From IMG/VR virus record IMGVR_UViG_3300029922_000049: 64,000 nt of DNA; one strand, written 5' to 3'. This document shows, piece by piece, positions 1-11,616 of the stretch. This stretch comes from an uncultured virus (IMG/VR IMGVR_UViG_3300029922_000049). Taxonomy: Duplodnaviria > Heunggongvirae > Uroviricota > Caudoviricetes. Every line of letters begins with the position of its first letter. The first letter of the stretch is position 1. The notes under the pieces are model-generated. The model saw nothing but the letters and a program-made list of their open reading frames with translations. It was not told the DNA's origin and ran no database searches. The position numbers were made by a program, and so were the translations under genes.

Positions 1-1505
1 ATAGTGGTTTAACAACATTAATCAATAATAGCGGATTAACAAATGGAGAATTATATTTAATTACAGATTACCAAACGGTTCATGTTATACCTAACGCAAA
101 CCAAAATTCGTATAGTGACGGTACGTTACAAATAGGCATTCAATATACAATACCTACATTGACATCAGGAGATGACTTTAGTAATGTAGGTTATGTAGCA
201 GACGGAGTTCCATTTTTCGCTACAAACACTACACCTAACGTATGGGATTATGGAACAGATGTTTATGATTATTTATATACTGGTCCTATAGAACCTTTAT
301 TAGTAACTGCAAGTTCAACTAATACTTTAAAGCCAGAATCATATTCTTCATTATGGAATCAAGATGTTATTTATTACGATTGGAATAACAATCAAGATAA
401 CGTTCCTGGATGTACAAAAGGCTATATTTATAGAAGAATTGATACATTACAAAATAATGATATACCATTTGATTTTAGAAACGTTAAGTTTCGTAGATGG
501 CAGATTGATGTAACTAATATATGGGATTCTGTAACAACATATAATCAAAATAATGTAGTTACAACAGATAATACAGTTATATATGTTTGTTTATCTAATA
601 ATGTAATTAATGTTAATCCATCTACTGATAATGAAAATGTGTGGAAATTATTTGAATGGAATAATTTGAGTTATGTTAGTACATCATCGGAATCTTGGAA
701 TATTGGAAATACTCAAATATTATGCTCAACTGGATATACTGATTATAATATGTGGAGTGATTGGTCTTATTATGATACATCATATTCAAATATAATCGAA
801 ATTCTAGATTTATCTGATACTGATTTAATGACTGGTTTTAATAATGTTATTTTCGGAAGTTATTTTAATAGTAACTCAATTGGAAGTAATTTTAATAATA
901 ATTCAATTGGAAGTTATTTTCAAATTAATTCAATTGGAAGTAATTTTCAAAATAATTCAATTGGAAGTAATATTTATTATAATTTAATTGGAAGTTATTT
1001 TAATAGTAACTCAATTGGAAGTAATTTTAATAATAATTCAATTGGAAGTAGTTTTCTAAGTAATTCAATTGGAAGTAGTTTTAATAATAATTCAATTGGA
1101 AGTAATTTTCAAAGTAATTCAATTGGAAGTAATTTTCAAAATAATTCAATTGGAAGTAGTTTTAATGATAATTCAATTGGAAGTAATTTTGGTCCTAACA
1201 CCATTGGAAGTAATTTTAATATTAACTCAATTGGAAGTAATTTTTCTATTAACTCAATTGGAAGTAATTTTTATTATAATTCTATTGGAAGTAGTTTTCA
1301 AAGTAATTTAATTGGAAGTAATTTTACAATGAACACAATTGCAAGTAATTTTACAATGAACACTATTTGTGATGGTTTTTCTGGTATAGATTTTACTTCC
1401 GCAAATTATGTATATAATAATTATAGCAAGGAATTATTTATTGCCTCAGATGCATCTAAAAGGCTCATATATGATAAAATGACAATAGTTGATGCAAATG
1501 CATAA
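1..1505 (+). CDS. Tail fibre/baseplate-associated receptor-binding-like protein, copy 1 (5'-truncated by window edge)
   Basis: Bases 1-~520 are nearly identical to 3314-~3833 in the 647-aa paralog, so the true start lies before the window. Contains (N/S)xIGSNFxx 9-aa repeats and the same C-terminus ([24 protein letters not shown]). Confidence 0.75.
   Translation, partial: SGLTTLINNSGLTNGELYLITDYQTVHVIPNANQNSYSDGTLQIGIQYTIPTLTSGDDFSNVGYVADGVPFFATNTTPNVWDYGTDVYDYLYTGPIEPLLVTASSTNTLKPESYSSLWNQDVIYYDWNNNQDNVPGCTKGYIYRRIDTLQNNDIPFDFRNVKFRRWQIDVTNIWDSVTTYNQNNVVTTDNTVIYVCLSNNVINVNPSTDNENVWKLFEWNNLSYVSTSSESWNIGNTQILCSTGYTDYNMWSDWSYYDTSYSNIIEILDLSDTDLMTGFNNVIFGSYFNSNSIGSNFNNNSIGSYFQINSIGSNFQNNSIGSNIYYNLIGSYFNSNSIGSNFNNNSIGSSFLSNSIGSSFNNNSIGSNFQSNSIGSNFQNNSIGSSFNDNSIGSNFGPNTIGSNFNINSIGSNFSINSIGSNFYYNSIGSSFQSNLIGSNFTMNTIASNFTMNTICDGFSGIDFTSANYVYNNYSKELFIASDASKRLIYDKMTIVDANA
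850..1370 (+). repeat. 27-bp degenerate tandem repeat encoding a 9-aa IGS(N/Y/S)FxxNS solenoid
   Basis: Periodic aattcaattggaagtaatttt units, about 19 copies. Confidence 0.9.
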
Positions 1506-1600
1506 AATAAAAAGACTCAGTTAAATATTTTTAACTAAGAATTTTTTATTTATATTTTATTTATAATTATAATTTTATATATAGAAATAAAAATAATCAT

Positions 1601-2188
1601 ATGACAAATTTAATATCATTAAGCGAAGGAGTTTGGATACCAAAAGATAGAGTATTTCCAACAGAAGATCAGAAAAAAATATTATCCAGCACAAATAGTG
1701 GAGATACATTAGCAAAAAATAATATTTTATCATTAATTGCATCTGGTAATACAGTTAATCCTGCAGATATCGCAATAGCAGTAAAAACATACAACGATAA
1801 AAAACCTATATTAACAAATACAGGAGATACATATCAATTTATAGCTGCTGCGGTTTCTATTGATTATATAACTGGATTGACAACAACAACATCAACAACT
1901 GAATTATCTGGATTGACAACAACAACATCAACAACTGAATTATCTGGATTGACAACAACATCAACAACTGAATTATCTGGATTGACAACAACAACATCAA
2001 CAACTGAATTATCTGGATTGACAACAACATCAACAACTGAATTATCTGGATTGACAACAACATCAACAACTGAATTATCTGGATTGACAACAACAACATC
2101 TACGTTATCAAATATTATATCTACTATTATTGTTACTGGATTTATTAATTATAAAATAAATAATAAAATAAATAAAATAATATTTTAA
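1601..2188 (+). CDS. Fibre-associated hypothetical protein with Thr-rich VNTR
   Basis: N-terminus MTNLISLSEGVWIPKDRVFPTEDQKKIL is shared with 47175..47504, which lies directly upstream of fibre copy 3. Confidence 0.7.
   Translation: MTNLISLSEGVWIPKDRVFPTEDQKKILSSTNSGDTLAKNNILSLIASGNTVNPADIAIAVKTYNDKKPILTNTGDTYQFIAAAVSIDYITGLTTTTSTTELSGLTTTTSTTELSGLTTTSTTELSGLTTTTSTTELSGLTTTSTTELSGLTTTSTTELSGLTTTTSTLSNIISTIIVTGFINYKINNKINKIIF
1871..2100 (+). repeat. 33/36-bp in-frame tandem repeat (GLTTT[T]STTELS x6)
   Basis: Near-perfect ggattgacaacaac(aac)atcaacaactgaattatct units. Confidence 0.95.
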
Positions 2189-2190
2189 TA

Positions 2191-2572
2191 TAAAGTAGGC
2201 GATTATGTAGTAGGTAGTTATAATTATGATTATGGTGGTAGTCATGATTTATTAACAAAATTAAAATATTTTATAGAAAATACTATAGGAATTATAGATA
2301 ATATTAATATTAATATTAATATTAATATTGATTATGGTACAAAAACAATATATATATTAGATATGATAATATTCCATATGAAATTGAAACATTTTTCAAA
2401 AAGACTAAAGATGGTAATTATATACAAAAACAATAAAGTACAATTAAAAAGTATACACTTTCCAATGGTTTCTTTTACATAAAACAATTTTATTATAAAT
2501 CAATATTTGATTATTCTGAAAAAAAAAGAAGATTTAGAATATTTAATAAATTCAAATAAATTCAACTTATAA
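2191..2572 (+). pseudogene. Decayed KFNL-tagged gene
   Basis: Reads KVGDYVVGSY... then, after frameshifts and a stop, ends EDLEYLINSNKFNL* like intact genes at 40-52 kb. No start codon. Confidence 0.55.
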
Positions 2573-2745
2573 TTAAAATAGTTATATAAATTAATATTAT
2601 TAATTTGCCAATATAAACTTTTTTTAAGCCAAGAAAGCATAGTTGATCATAAAGAATCAACAAAATTAAGATAGATAATAAATTATCTATCTTTTATTTT
2701 TTTATATGAAATTTAATTAGTATATTTGTAAAAATAAATAAGATT

Positions 2746-3069
2746 ATGAAGAAAATTTTAGTTTTTATAAAAAAACAGCCTACTTATGTTTTAATTAATT
2801 ATTTTTGTTGTATAATATCAATTATATTTAATATTATTGCAGCGATTACAAATAATAATACATTAAGATTAATCGCATGGATATTTATAATCATTCAATT
2901 ATCTTGTGTATTAATTCAAATTAAAATTTACAAATTTAATATTGAGGTAATGAAAGATGATATTTTTTTAGATTTTAATAACATTATAGATATGAATAAA
3001 TATAAACCAGAATATAGGAATAAACCAAATATAATTTATAGAATAAAGAGTAGATTTAAAAGAAAATAA
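2746..3069 (+). CDS. Membrane protein (2 TM helices)
   Basis: Two hydrophobic stretches. A TATATTTG Bacteroidota -7 element lies at ~2721. Confidence 0.6.
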   Translation: MKKILVFIKKQPTYVLINYFCCIISIIFNIIAAITNNNTLRLIAWIFIIIQLSCVLIQIKIYKFNIEVMKDDIFLDFNNIIDMNKYKPEYRNKPNIIYRIKSRFKRK

Positions 3070-3162
3070 ATATTTTCAATATTATAAAAAAAGTAGATTT
3101 TTTAAAATCTACTTTTTTTATTTATTATTTTTTTATATATAATAAAAAATAATAAATAAAAA

Positions 3163-5106
3163 ATGAGCAAACAACTAATTAATATTGGATCATCTCCAAA
3201 TGATGGAACTGGCGACAATTTAAGAAATTCATTTATTAAAATAAATAATAATTTCAATGAAGTATACGAATTTTCAGGCACAACTGGTGGGGGTGGAGTT
3301 ACTAATGTAACATATAGTGGTTTAACAACATTAATCAATAATAGTGGATTAACAAATGGAGAATTATATCTAATTACAGATTACCAAACGGTTCATGTTA
3401 TACCAAACGCAAGCCAAAATTCGTATAGTGACGGTACGTTACAAATAGGCATTCAATATACAATACCTACATTGACATCAGGAGATGACTTTAGTAATGT
3501 AGGTTATGTAGCAGACGGAGTTCCATTTTTCGCTACAAACACTACACCTAACGTATGGGATTATGGAACAGATGTTTATGATTATTTATATACTGGTCCT
3601 ATAGAACCTTTATTAGTAACTGCAAGTTCAACTAATACTTTAAAGCCAGAATCATATTCTTCATTATGGAATCAAGATGTTATTTATTACGATTGGAATA
3701 ACAATCAAGATAACGTTCCTGGATGTACAAAAGGCTATATTTATAGAAGAATTGATACATTACAAAATAATGATATACCATTTGATTTTAGAAACGTTAA
3801 GTTTCGTAGATGGCAGATTGATGTAACTAATATGTGGGATTCAGGTACAACTTATAATAAAAATAATGTAGTTACAACAGATAATACAATTATATATGTT
3901 TGTTTATCTAATAATGTAATTAATGTTAATCCATCTACTGATAATGAAAATGTGTGGAAAATATTTGAATGGAATAATTTGAGTTATGTAAGTAATAGTG
4001 AAAATAATTGGAACATTGGATATATAAATATTCCATGTACAAGTGAATATGTAGACTATAATATGTGGAGTGATTGGTCTTATTATGATACATCATATTC
4101 AAATATAATTGAAATTCCAGATTTATCTGAAACTGATTTAATGAATGATTCTAATAATGTTATTTTCGGAAGTTATTTTAGCAAAAATAATATTGGAAGT
4201 AATTTTCAAAGTAATTCAATTGGAAGTAATTTTCAAAGTAATTCAATTGGAAGTAATTTTTATTATAATTCAATTGGAAGTAATTTTTATTATAATTCAA
4301 TTGGAAGTAATTTTCAAAGTAATTCAATTGGAAGTAATTTTCAAAGTAATTCAATTGGAATTAATTTTTATTATAATTCAATTGGAAGTTATTTTAATTA
4401 TAATACAATAGGAAGTTATTTTAATTATAATTCAATTGGAAGTAATTCTAACAATAATTTAATTGGAAGTTATTTTGGTACTAATACAATTGGAAGTTAT
4501 TTTGGTACTAACACAATTGGAAGTTATTTTGGTTATAACGGTGGTTATAACACAATTGGAAGTAGGTTTCAAAGTAACACTATTGGTAATTATTTTCAAA
4601 GTAACACTATTGGTAATTATTTTCAAAGTAACACTATTGAAAGTTATTTTTATGATAATTCAATTGGAAGTTATTTTTATGATAATTCAATTGGAAGTAA
4701 TTTTATTAGTAATAATTCAATTGGAAGTAATTTTACAATGAACACAATTGGAAGTAATTTTCAAAATAATTCAATTGGAAGTAATTTTCAAAGTAATTCA
4801 ATTGGAAGTAATTTTATTAGTAATAATTCAATTGGAAGTAATTTTACAATGAACACAATTGGAAGTAATTTTCAAAATAATTCAATTGGAAGTAATTTTC
4901 AAAGTAATTCAATTGGAAGTAATTTTTATAATAATTCAATTGGAAGTAATTTTACAATGAACACTATTTGTGATGGTTTTTCTGGTATAGATTTTACTTC
5001 CGCAACTTATGTATATAATAATTATAGCAAGGAATTATTTATTGCCTCAGATGCATCTAAAAGGCTCATATATGATAAAATGACAATAGTTGATGCAAAT
5101 GCATAA
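3163..5106 (+). CDS. Tail fibre/baseplate-associated receptor-binding-like protein, copy 2
   Basis: N-terminus [33 protein letters not shown] resembles the T4 gp10/gp9 N-terminal motif. [13 protein letters not shown] is CBM5/12-like. About 28 IGSNF 9-aa repeats. Confidence 0.8.
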   Translation: MSKQLINIGSSPNDGTGDNLRNSFIKINNNFNEVYEFSGTTGGGGVTNVTYSGLTTLINNSGLTNGELYLITDYQTVHVIPNASQNSYSDGTLQIGIQYTIPTLTSGDDFSNVGYVADGVPFFATNTTPNVWDYGTDVYDYLYTGPIEPLLVTASSTNTLKPESYSSLWNQDVIYYDWNNNQDNVPGCTKGYIYRRIDTLQNNDIPFDFRNVKFRRWQIDVTNMWDSGTTYNKNNVVTTDNTIIYVCLSNNVINVNPSTDNENVWKIFEWNNLSYVSNSENNWNIGYINIPCTSEYVDYNMWSDWSYYDTSYSNIIEIPDLSETDLMNDSNNVIFGSYFSKNNIGSNFQSNSIGSNFQSNSIGSNFYYNSIGSNFYYNSIGSNFQSNSIGSNFQSNSIGINFYYNSIGSYFNYNTIGSYFNYNSIGSNSNNNLIGSYFGTNTIGSYFGTNTIGSYFGYNGGYNTIGSRFQSNTIGNYFQSNTIGNYFQSNTIESYFYDNSIGSYFYDNSIGSNFISNNSIGSNFTMNTIGSNFQNNSIGSNFQSNSIGSNFISNNSIGSNFTMNTIGSNFQNNSIGSNFQSNSIGSNFYNNSIGSNFTMNTICDGFSGIDFTSATYVYNNYSKELFIASDASKRLIYDKMTIVDANA

Positions 5107-5112
5107 ATAAAT

Positions 5113-5141
5113 AAAAAGAGCAAATATTTTTGCTCTTTTTT
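5113..5141. terminator. Bidirectional intrinsic terminator
   Basis: aaaaagagcaaa-tatt-tttgctcttttt lies between convergent genes. Confidence 0.8.
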
Positions 5142-5266
5142 ATTTAAATATTATTAAAAATTAATATTATTCATTATTATTGTTATCATGTGTCTCTTTT
5201 GTAAGTACTAATAAATAAATAAACATTATAATACTACTTACTTCTTGCAATTTTGTTAAATCAAAT

Positions 5267-5581
5267 TCATTTTTCATATTCGTCATTATCTATTAGTTTA
5301 TCCATTAAATCGTAAGCTTTATTAAAATCTTCAAAAATCATTTCAATATCATCACCAGTAGAAATTCCGTCAAGAAAGAACTCAGTTTCAATTTCATATT
5401 CAGGTGATAAATATTTAATCATGGAAACAAAATCTGGTGAATTTGAATACACAATTTCTTCTGAATTATCTTTAAAATTACGAACAAGATTTGTAGCGTT
5501 TTGTACTTCAGTTAGTGGATGGCGTTGTATATTACATTTATCTTCTATTGTTACTCCGCAATAAATTTTTAATGTTTTCAT
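5267..5581 (-). CDS. Hypothetical protein
   Basis: 104-aa ORF with protein-like composition. Confidence 0.6.
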   Translation of the reverse strand: MKTLKIYCGVTIEDKCNIQRHPLTEVQNATNLVRNFKDNSEEIVYSNSPDFVSMIKYLSPEYEIETEFFLDGISTGDDIEMIFEDFNKAYDLMDKLIDNDEYEK

Positions 5582-5595
5582 ATTTTTTCTAAGTG

Positions 5596-6018
5596 TTAAA
5601 TGTTAATTATTTTAAATGATTCTTTTAATGCTTCTTCTAAAGTATCTTCATAACTACGATATAAATAAAATATAACATCTTTATGATGATACCAAGACCA
5701 TTCTCGTTCAGATAAATCTAAAGGATTACCAATAAATTTATCAATACTAAAACAAAATTTAGGCTCTGTAGTACAATCAGTATTAATTTCTATAAATATT
5801 TGTTCATGCTCTCTGAACCACAATTGAAGCTCTGATTGAGTAGGTCTTGCATATATATTAGGGTGATCAAATTTACAATCAAATATAGAATCTTCTTTAT
5901 TTTCTCCGCTGAAAATACAATCTGTAAGATCTTCAAAATAGTTTTTACATTTAATATTACATTCATTTTGTTTTGCTAAATTTGCAGTTTCAAATGATAT
6001 TAATCGTTCTTTTGTCAT
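5596..6018 (-). CDS. Hypothetical phage protein
   Basis: ISFETA.LAK...ARPTQSELQ.WFRE...YEDTLEEAL pattern typical of small Bacteroidota-phage proteins. Confidence 0.6.
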   Translation of the reverse strand: MTKERLISFETANLAKQNECNIKCKNYFEDLTDCIFSGENKEDSIFDCKFDHPNIYARPTQSELQLWFREHEQIFIEINTDCTTEPKFCFSIDKFIGNPLDLSEREWSWYHHKDVIFYLYRSYEDTLEEALKESFKIINI

Positions 6019-7043
6019 ATTTATTTTAAATTATAAGTGTAATTTCCAGTATTAATTAATCTCACAACTTGAATTAATGAGTAACTCATAAATCTCACAA
6101 AAGGTATCACATAACCTTTATCATCCTTTAAATCAACTCTATTATTTATAATATAATTGATATCCAATAAACTTGTTATTTTTTGCATATATTTTCTAAT
6201 TCTTTAATTTTACTTAAAAATACTTGTTCAGCGTTCATTCCAGAACTAAGCATGAAAATAAATAAATCTTTATTTTCATCTGTGATATATTTAGCTGGAA
6301 TTTTATTTTTATTTTTGAATTTAATCCAAATACTATTTGATTTTATATAATTATCAAATACATCATCTGAATTTTGATGACCGCAATTCATAGAAGAAAT
6401 AAAATTAGGAGAGGAAACAAAATTAGTTTTTTTTGTTTTCATAATTATAAATATTTAATGAGTTATTATTAATATAATATTTTCATATTTACGAAGATAG
6501 TAAATATTTATCATATAAATGAAAATAAATAGTTAAATATTTATATTAAACTTTTTTATTTATCATAATTTTCATTTAAAACAAAAATATACTAATCCGT
6601 TTTTAACTTCAACTTTTTCAAGAATATTAATACCTTTTACTCCCATAATTGTTTTTACCGTTACTAATTCAGAATTATCTTCATTAGATAATATTGTTAA
6701 ATTATATGCAGTCCAATTTGAATTATATACTCCATCTTCAATTTTAACTTTATCTTTTGATGCGGCCATATTATTTAATTTTTGAATATATATTTTTATT
6801 ATAACTATATGATATAGAAATAACTTCTCCAAATAACTTAAACTCATATTCACGCTCTATAAGTTTATCTGTAACATTTAAATATTTTAACCAAACTAAT
6901 TCACTTCTCTCTCAGTTAAATCCTTATTTTCTTTAGACATTTTAAATAATTCTTTAAAATAATCATCTCTAACTTCTGGTGATGAAAAAATTGTTTCATC
7001 AGGACCTTGTTCATCACCATATCTATATGCTGTTTCATAAATT

Positions 7044-8221
7044 TTATATACTTTCATAATTTTTAATTTTTTCTATTTTATGTTTTCTTTCTGTTTTAAT
7101 ATCTAATTTAAATCTTCTAAATCTATATATTAAATCATTATGTCCAATCAAAGTTATATAATATTTATCAAATTTAATACTATATAAAATTTGTTTAACT
7201 TTATAAGTTTTATCTAATTCTAATATAGTGTTATTGTTATTAATAACAACTACATAATCTCCTTTTTTTAAATTTTTAACATCAATCATTAGATAATATT
7301 TTAGATAATTTATTTTTTCTGATAGTTTTAATATCTAACTTAAATCTATATAAATAATATTTAATATTACCAGTTTCTAATAATATTACAAAATATCTAT
7401 TATAATTTAAGTATTTGATATCAAATATTTCACTAATTGTATATTTATTATTAATTGTTAATTTATTTTCATTATTTGTATTATTAATACAAATAACGGT
7501 ATCACCTATTTTAATATTTTTAGAATCAAGCATTATATAATATTTTAGATAATTTATTTTTTCTAATTGCTTTTAAATCAAATATAAATCTATCAATTGA
7601 ATATATGTTCATCATTTTTAAAATATTAAAATGAAAATAAGCATCGATATCATAAAAAGGTATAATTTCTTTAATTTCATATGATTTATGTAATTTCAAA
7701 AAAATATTACTATTATCAATAACAATAACAAGATCACCTATTTTAATATTTTCTATATCAATCATTAGCTAAGATTTTAGATAATTTATTTTTTCTTATC
7801 GTTTTTAAATCAAGTATAAATCTTTCAATTAAGAAAGGATACTTATCGATTTCAACTAATTTAAATAAATAATTACCACTGGTGTTAAGAAGAATTTCTT
7901 GAATTTCATATGATTTATTTAATTTCAAAAGATTACTGGTAATAGCTATATTAATACAAATAACATTATCACCTATTTTAATTTTTTTAATATCTAAATT
8001 TGTGAGCATATATTTAATTTTTTAAGTTTCTGCTTTCTATATTCAGATAATAAAATATACTCATATTTAATATCATTAAAATAATCATCAAAGAAATGGA
8101 ATCTATTATCTTCATAAACAAGAAATGCATTAGCTTCTATATTATGGTGATAATATGATTTAAATGTATAAATTTTGAAATTACCTGATTTATTAACTAT
8201 TTTATCTCCTTGTTTAAACAT
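7044..8221 (-). other. Array of 5 overlapping small CDSs (7044-7289, 7282-7533, 7526-7765, 7758-8009, 7994-8221), KIGDxV paralog family
   Basis: Shared K(I/K)GDxV...RFxLDxKxxRKNKLSKIL. Stop and start codons overlap. Confidence 0.8.
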
Positions 8222-9842
8222 ATTATAATATGTTATTTAGTTCATTAAGAATCTGTTCTTTAGTTGACCATTCTCTCAATCCTAATATTTTACAAATATC
8301 ATTTTTTGTTGCTAAATTTGTCGGCGGATATTCATTTTTTCCAAGTACAATAAATCCTCTATTTTTCAATTCATTTGATAATTCATCATTATATAATTTA
8401 TCTAATATATCTGTTTCAAAATCACTTAAATCAATATCAATATCATGATATAATATTTTTTTATCATTAATGTAAATATCTTCTTCTTTACGCCTTTTTA
8501 ATTCATATTCAAGATCATCAGTATTTATATTTTTTAAAAAACTTCGTTTATAATCAAATAAATCAATTTGAATCTCAACATTACAATATTCCATATTTAT
8601 TTTTTATTTTTTTACGGTTCATAATATCCATATCCATTAATATAACAGTTTTTTTTAATAGTTGACAATTTAACTTTCAATGCTTTATCATTTAACGGAT
8701 TAATTGAAATGACAATTAAATCATCACTTTTTAATGGTAATGATTCTGTTATTGTATTATATTCAACATTATGAATATAAACATATTCAGGTAAATCTGG
8801 ACTATTGTTTGACATAAATTAAGGATTATTAGGATCATAATTTCCATATCCATTAATATAACAGTTATCAGTTATATCTGATATGATTATTTTTTCTGAT
8901 TTGTCTGATATAGGTTCAGTTGAATATATTTCAGATTTATAAATATATTCAGGAATATTTTTTCTAAATTCCTCATATTTATTATTTGAAAGTTGCATCA
9001 TAAAATATACAATAATACAAACTAATGCTGAAATAATTAGTATTGATAATTGAATTATTACTGAAATCGTAATAAAATACATACAATTAGATTGAATATA
9101 ATTAACATTAAATAAAAATGTCATGACAATTGCTGATAATGATATTAATTGAAATGTTCCAATTATTTTAAAAAATGGTATCAATTTATCTTTTTTCATA
9201 ATTTAATTTATTTTAATTGTTCTAATTTTAATAATCTTTTATATTTACTAATATATTTATTAAAAATATTTATTTCATTTTTATCATAAAAATCTTTATC
9301 AATTAATAAATCTTCATAAAAATTAATTTTATATTTATAATAATCTAGTAATCTTATTTTTTTAATTTTTTTATAAAACAAATAACATATTACATTAAGC
9401 ACAATAAAAATATAAAACCATTTACAACCTAAATAATTTTCATTATATGAATATTTATATAAACATTCTACATTTTCATGTGGCTCTGTTAATTTATTTA
9501 ATATAGCGGCATTACATAAAAGAATTGTTATAATAGCACATATATCAGAAATAATAGTACAAATATGAAATATTATCATAATTATGTATTCATTTTTATC
9601 ATAATATCTATTAAAAATGCTACATTTTCATAATCTTCTACTTTAACGGATTCATTCAGTTCTTTTTCAATATGATCAACATCTGAAAAATTAATAGAAT
9701 TGGTCCAAGCTTTATTACGACTATCTTGGAATTCACCACATTCACATCTAACCTGTTTAAATTTAGCTACTTCTCCAATATTAATACAGTTTGTTTTTAA
9801 ATAGAAAATTATAGAAAGTTTCTATCAAAAACTTTAGGAAGT

Positions 9843-11033
9843 CTATAACGTGACTTTTCTTGGGTTGACTGCGAACCCTCTATTCCCTTCAATAAATTCG
9901 GGAACTACTTTTTTAAATATATTTAATGATCCATTCATATCTGCGTTAATTTTAAATCCTTCGTTTGTTTTAAACTGTCCTCTATGAATTCTTTTTCCGA
10001 GATAATTATTATGATGTTTCATCTCTTCATGATCAAAAAACGAACATTTACTGGTAAAAGATTCTTCCGTCAATATTATATCTATTCCTACTAACCTTGC
10101 TTTATACTTTAATGTATTTAATAGATCAAGGTATGGTATTTGAATAAACTTTTGATTGTTTTTCTTACCCATATTACATTCATTTTTCCACTCTTTATTA
10201 TATCCAATTATAATATTTGATACGTTGTGCTCCTCACACCAGCTCACAAGATATTTTGTGACCTTGTGAATTTCACAATTTATCTTATCATTTCTCTTAT
10301 TCGTTAATTTCCTTATTTTATTAGATGTATAAATATTCTTTGGTAAATCACTTTTATATTTTGCAAGCATTTTATTATAATACTGATTTATTGATTTTAA
10401 TGGTTTACCATTGATTATAAAATATTCTTCATTAATATTATTAGTTACTGCACATAAATTATTAATTCCAAGATCAATAGCTATTTTATTATCATTTATC
10501 ATCAATTCTTTTTCAGTGACTTCATATATTATTTCTATCTTATATGAATTCAAACAAGGAATTATCCTTGCTTCTTTTAATTTTCCTCTATCTTTATTTA
10601 TAAAAGGTATTATAATATTAGTACCTGATAGTTTTATATAACCATTCAGATATTCTTTGTGTGAAATAGCACCTAATTCATATGATAATATATTACGGCC
10701 ATTAGTTTTATGTTTATAATAAGGTATTTTAGGCTTACCATTTAATTTATCTTTAATCTTAAGTAATTTAAAGAATGATTTAAAAGACTTATCTACTTGT
10801 TGTAAAACATGATTAGAAACCTTTCTTGGTAATTTAATATAATCTGGTTGATTAGTATCAATAAAAATACGATTTACAGCATTATAATTAAGGTATAATT
10901 TATTGATAAAATAGTATTGCCTAACTGAATAAAGGCATGAGTTATATAAGTTTTTAGACAAAAAACACAGATCATCTATTTCTTTATATAATTTATTTGT
11001 TTTCTTTATATTATGTATTTCAGTCAGGTACAT
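9843..11033 (-). CDS. tnpB: RNA-guided nuclease TnpB
   Basis: RuvC motifs IAIDLGINN, IIIGY..WK, and INADMNGSLNI. EESFTSKCS segment. Confidence 0.9.
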   Translation of the reverse strand: MYLTEIHNIKKTNKLYKEIDDLCFLSKNLYNSCLYSVRQYYFINKLYLNYNAVNRIFIDTNQPDYIKLPRKVSNHVLQQVDKSFKSFFKLLKIKDKLNGKPKIPYYKHKTNGRNILSYELGAISHKEYLNGYIKLSGTNIIIPFINKDRGKLKEARIIPCLNSYKIEIIYEVTEKELMINDNKIAIDLGINNLCAVTNNINEEYFIINGKPLKSINQYYNKMLAKYKSDLPKNIYTSNKIRKLTNKRNDKINCEIHKVTKYLVSWCEEHNVSNIIIGYNKEWKNECNMGKKNNQKFIQIPYLDLLNTLKYKARLVGIDIILTEESFTSKCSFFDHEEMKHHNNYLGKRIHRGQFKTNEGFKINADMNGSLNIFKKVVPEFIEGNRGFAVNPRKVTL

Positions 11034-11616
11034 TATCTGTTATTATATTTTTTAATTGCTTTCCTTTATCTCGTCCTTTTCTTAATCCGTATATTCTGGC
11101 AGTAAAGGAATAAACTATACTAACAAGGTCCGATATTAAATCTTGTTTAGTGTCTTTATCTTTATTAGTTTGATTTATTACTATAATTTCTTTACCGTTT
11201 AAGTTTAATAATAATTCTATATAATTAAAGCCAAATCTGGTTAATCTATCTTTATTTTCAACTATAAGTATATCCCAATCATCTTTAGACAATAATTTAC
11301 ATAATTTATGTCTAGTATCGTTCATACCTGATGCAATTTCAGTCACTTTATATTTTATTATATATCCATTTTTTATGGAAAAATCTTCTATTTTTTCTAT
11401 TTGTCTATTAAGATTTTCCTTTGCTGAATTGTTTGATACTCTAGCATATAAAGCCACGTTAATATTTTTATTATGATCCATTTCTTTAACTGGAATTAAA
11501 ATGTTACCCATTTCGTCCTTAAATGCTCCAGTTATTAATCCTTTATTAAATCTATTCCAGGCAGTCCTGTAACAGACATTAAATTTTTTAGCGTAATCTC
11601 GTAATTTATAAAACAT
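11020..11616 (-). CDS. tnpA: IS607 serine recombinase TnpA
   Basis: N-terminal MerR-like HTH, YARVS catalytic motif, ENKDRLTRFG, DLVSIVYSFTARIYG. Confidence 0.95.
   Translation of the reverse strand: MFYKLRDYAKKFNVCYRTAWNRFNKGLITGAFKDEMGNILIPVKEMDHNKNINVALYARVSNNSAKENLNRQIEKIEDFSIKNGYIIKYKVTEIASGMNDTRHKLCKLLSKDDWDILIVENKDRLTRFGFNYIELLLNLNGKEIIVINQTNKDKDTKQDLISDLVSIVYSFTARIYGLRKGRDKGKQLKNIITDNVPD

Noticed and set aside
1069..4741. Alternative-frame ORFs (1069-1311, 1857-2099, 4145-4411, 4463-4741; also 45466-46022 and 39364-39576)
   Set aside because: Shadow frames of coding repeats.
850..4970. CRISPR array from the periodic aattggaagt repeats
   Set aside because: The period is 27 bp, in frame and degenerate, with no unique spacers and no cas genes. 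It is a protein solenoid repeat.
1..5106. Diversity-generating retroelement (TR/VR pair) in the fibre genes
   Set aside because: Differences between copies are not adenine-specific, both copies are full genes, and no reverse transcriptase is in the window.
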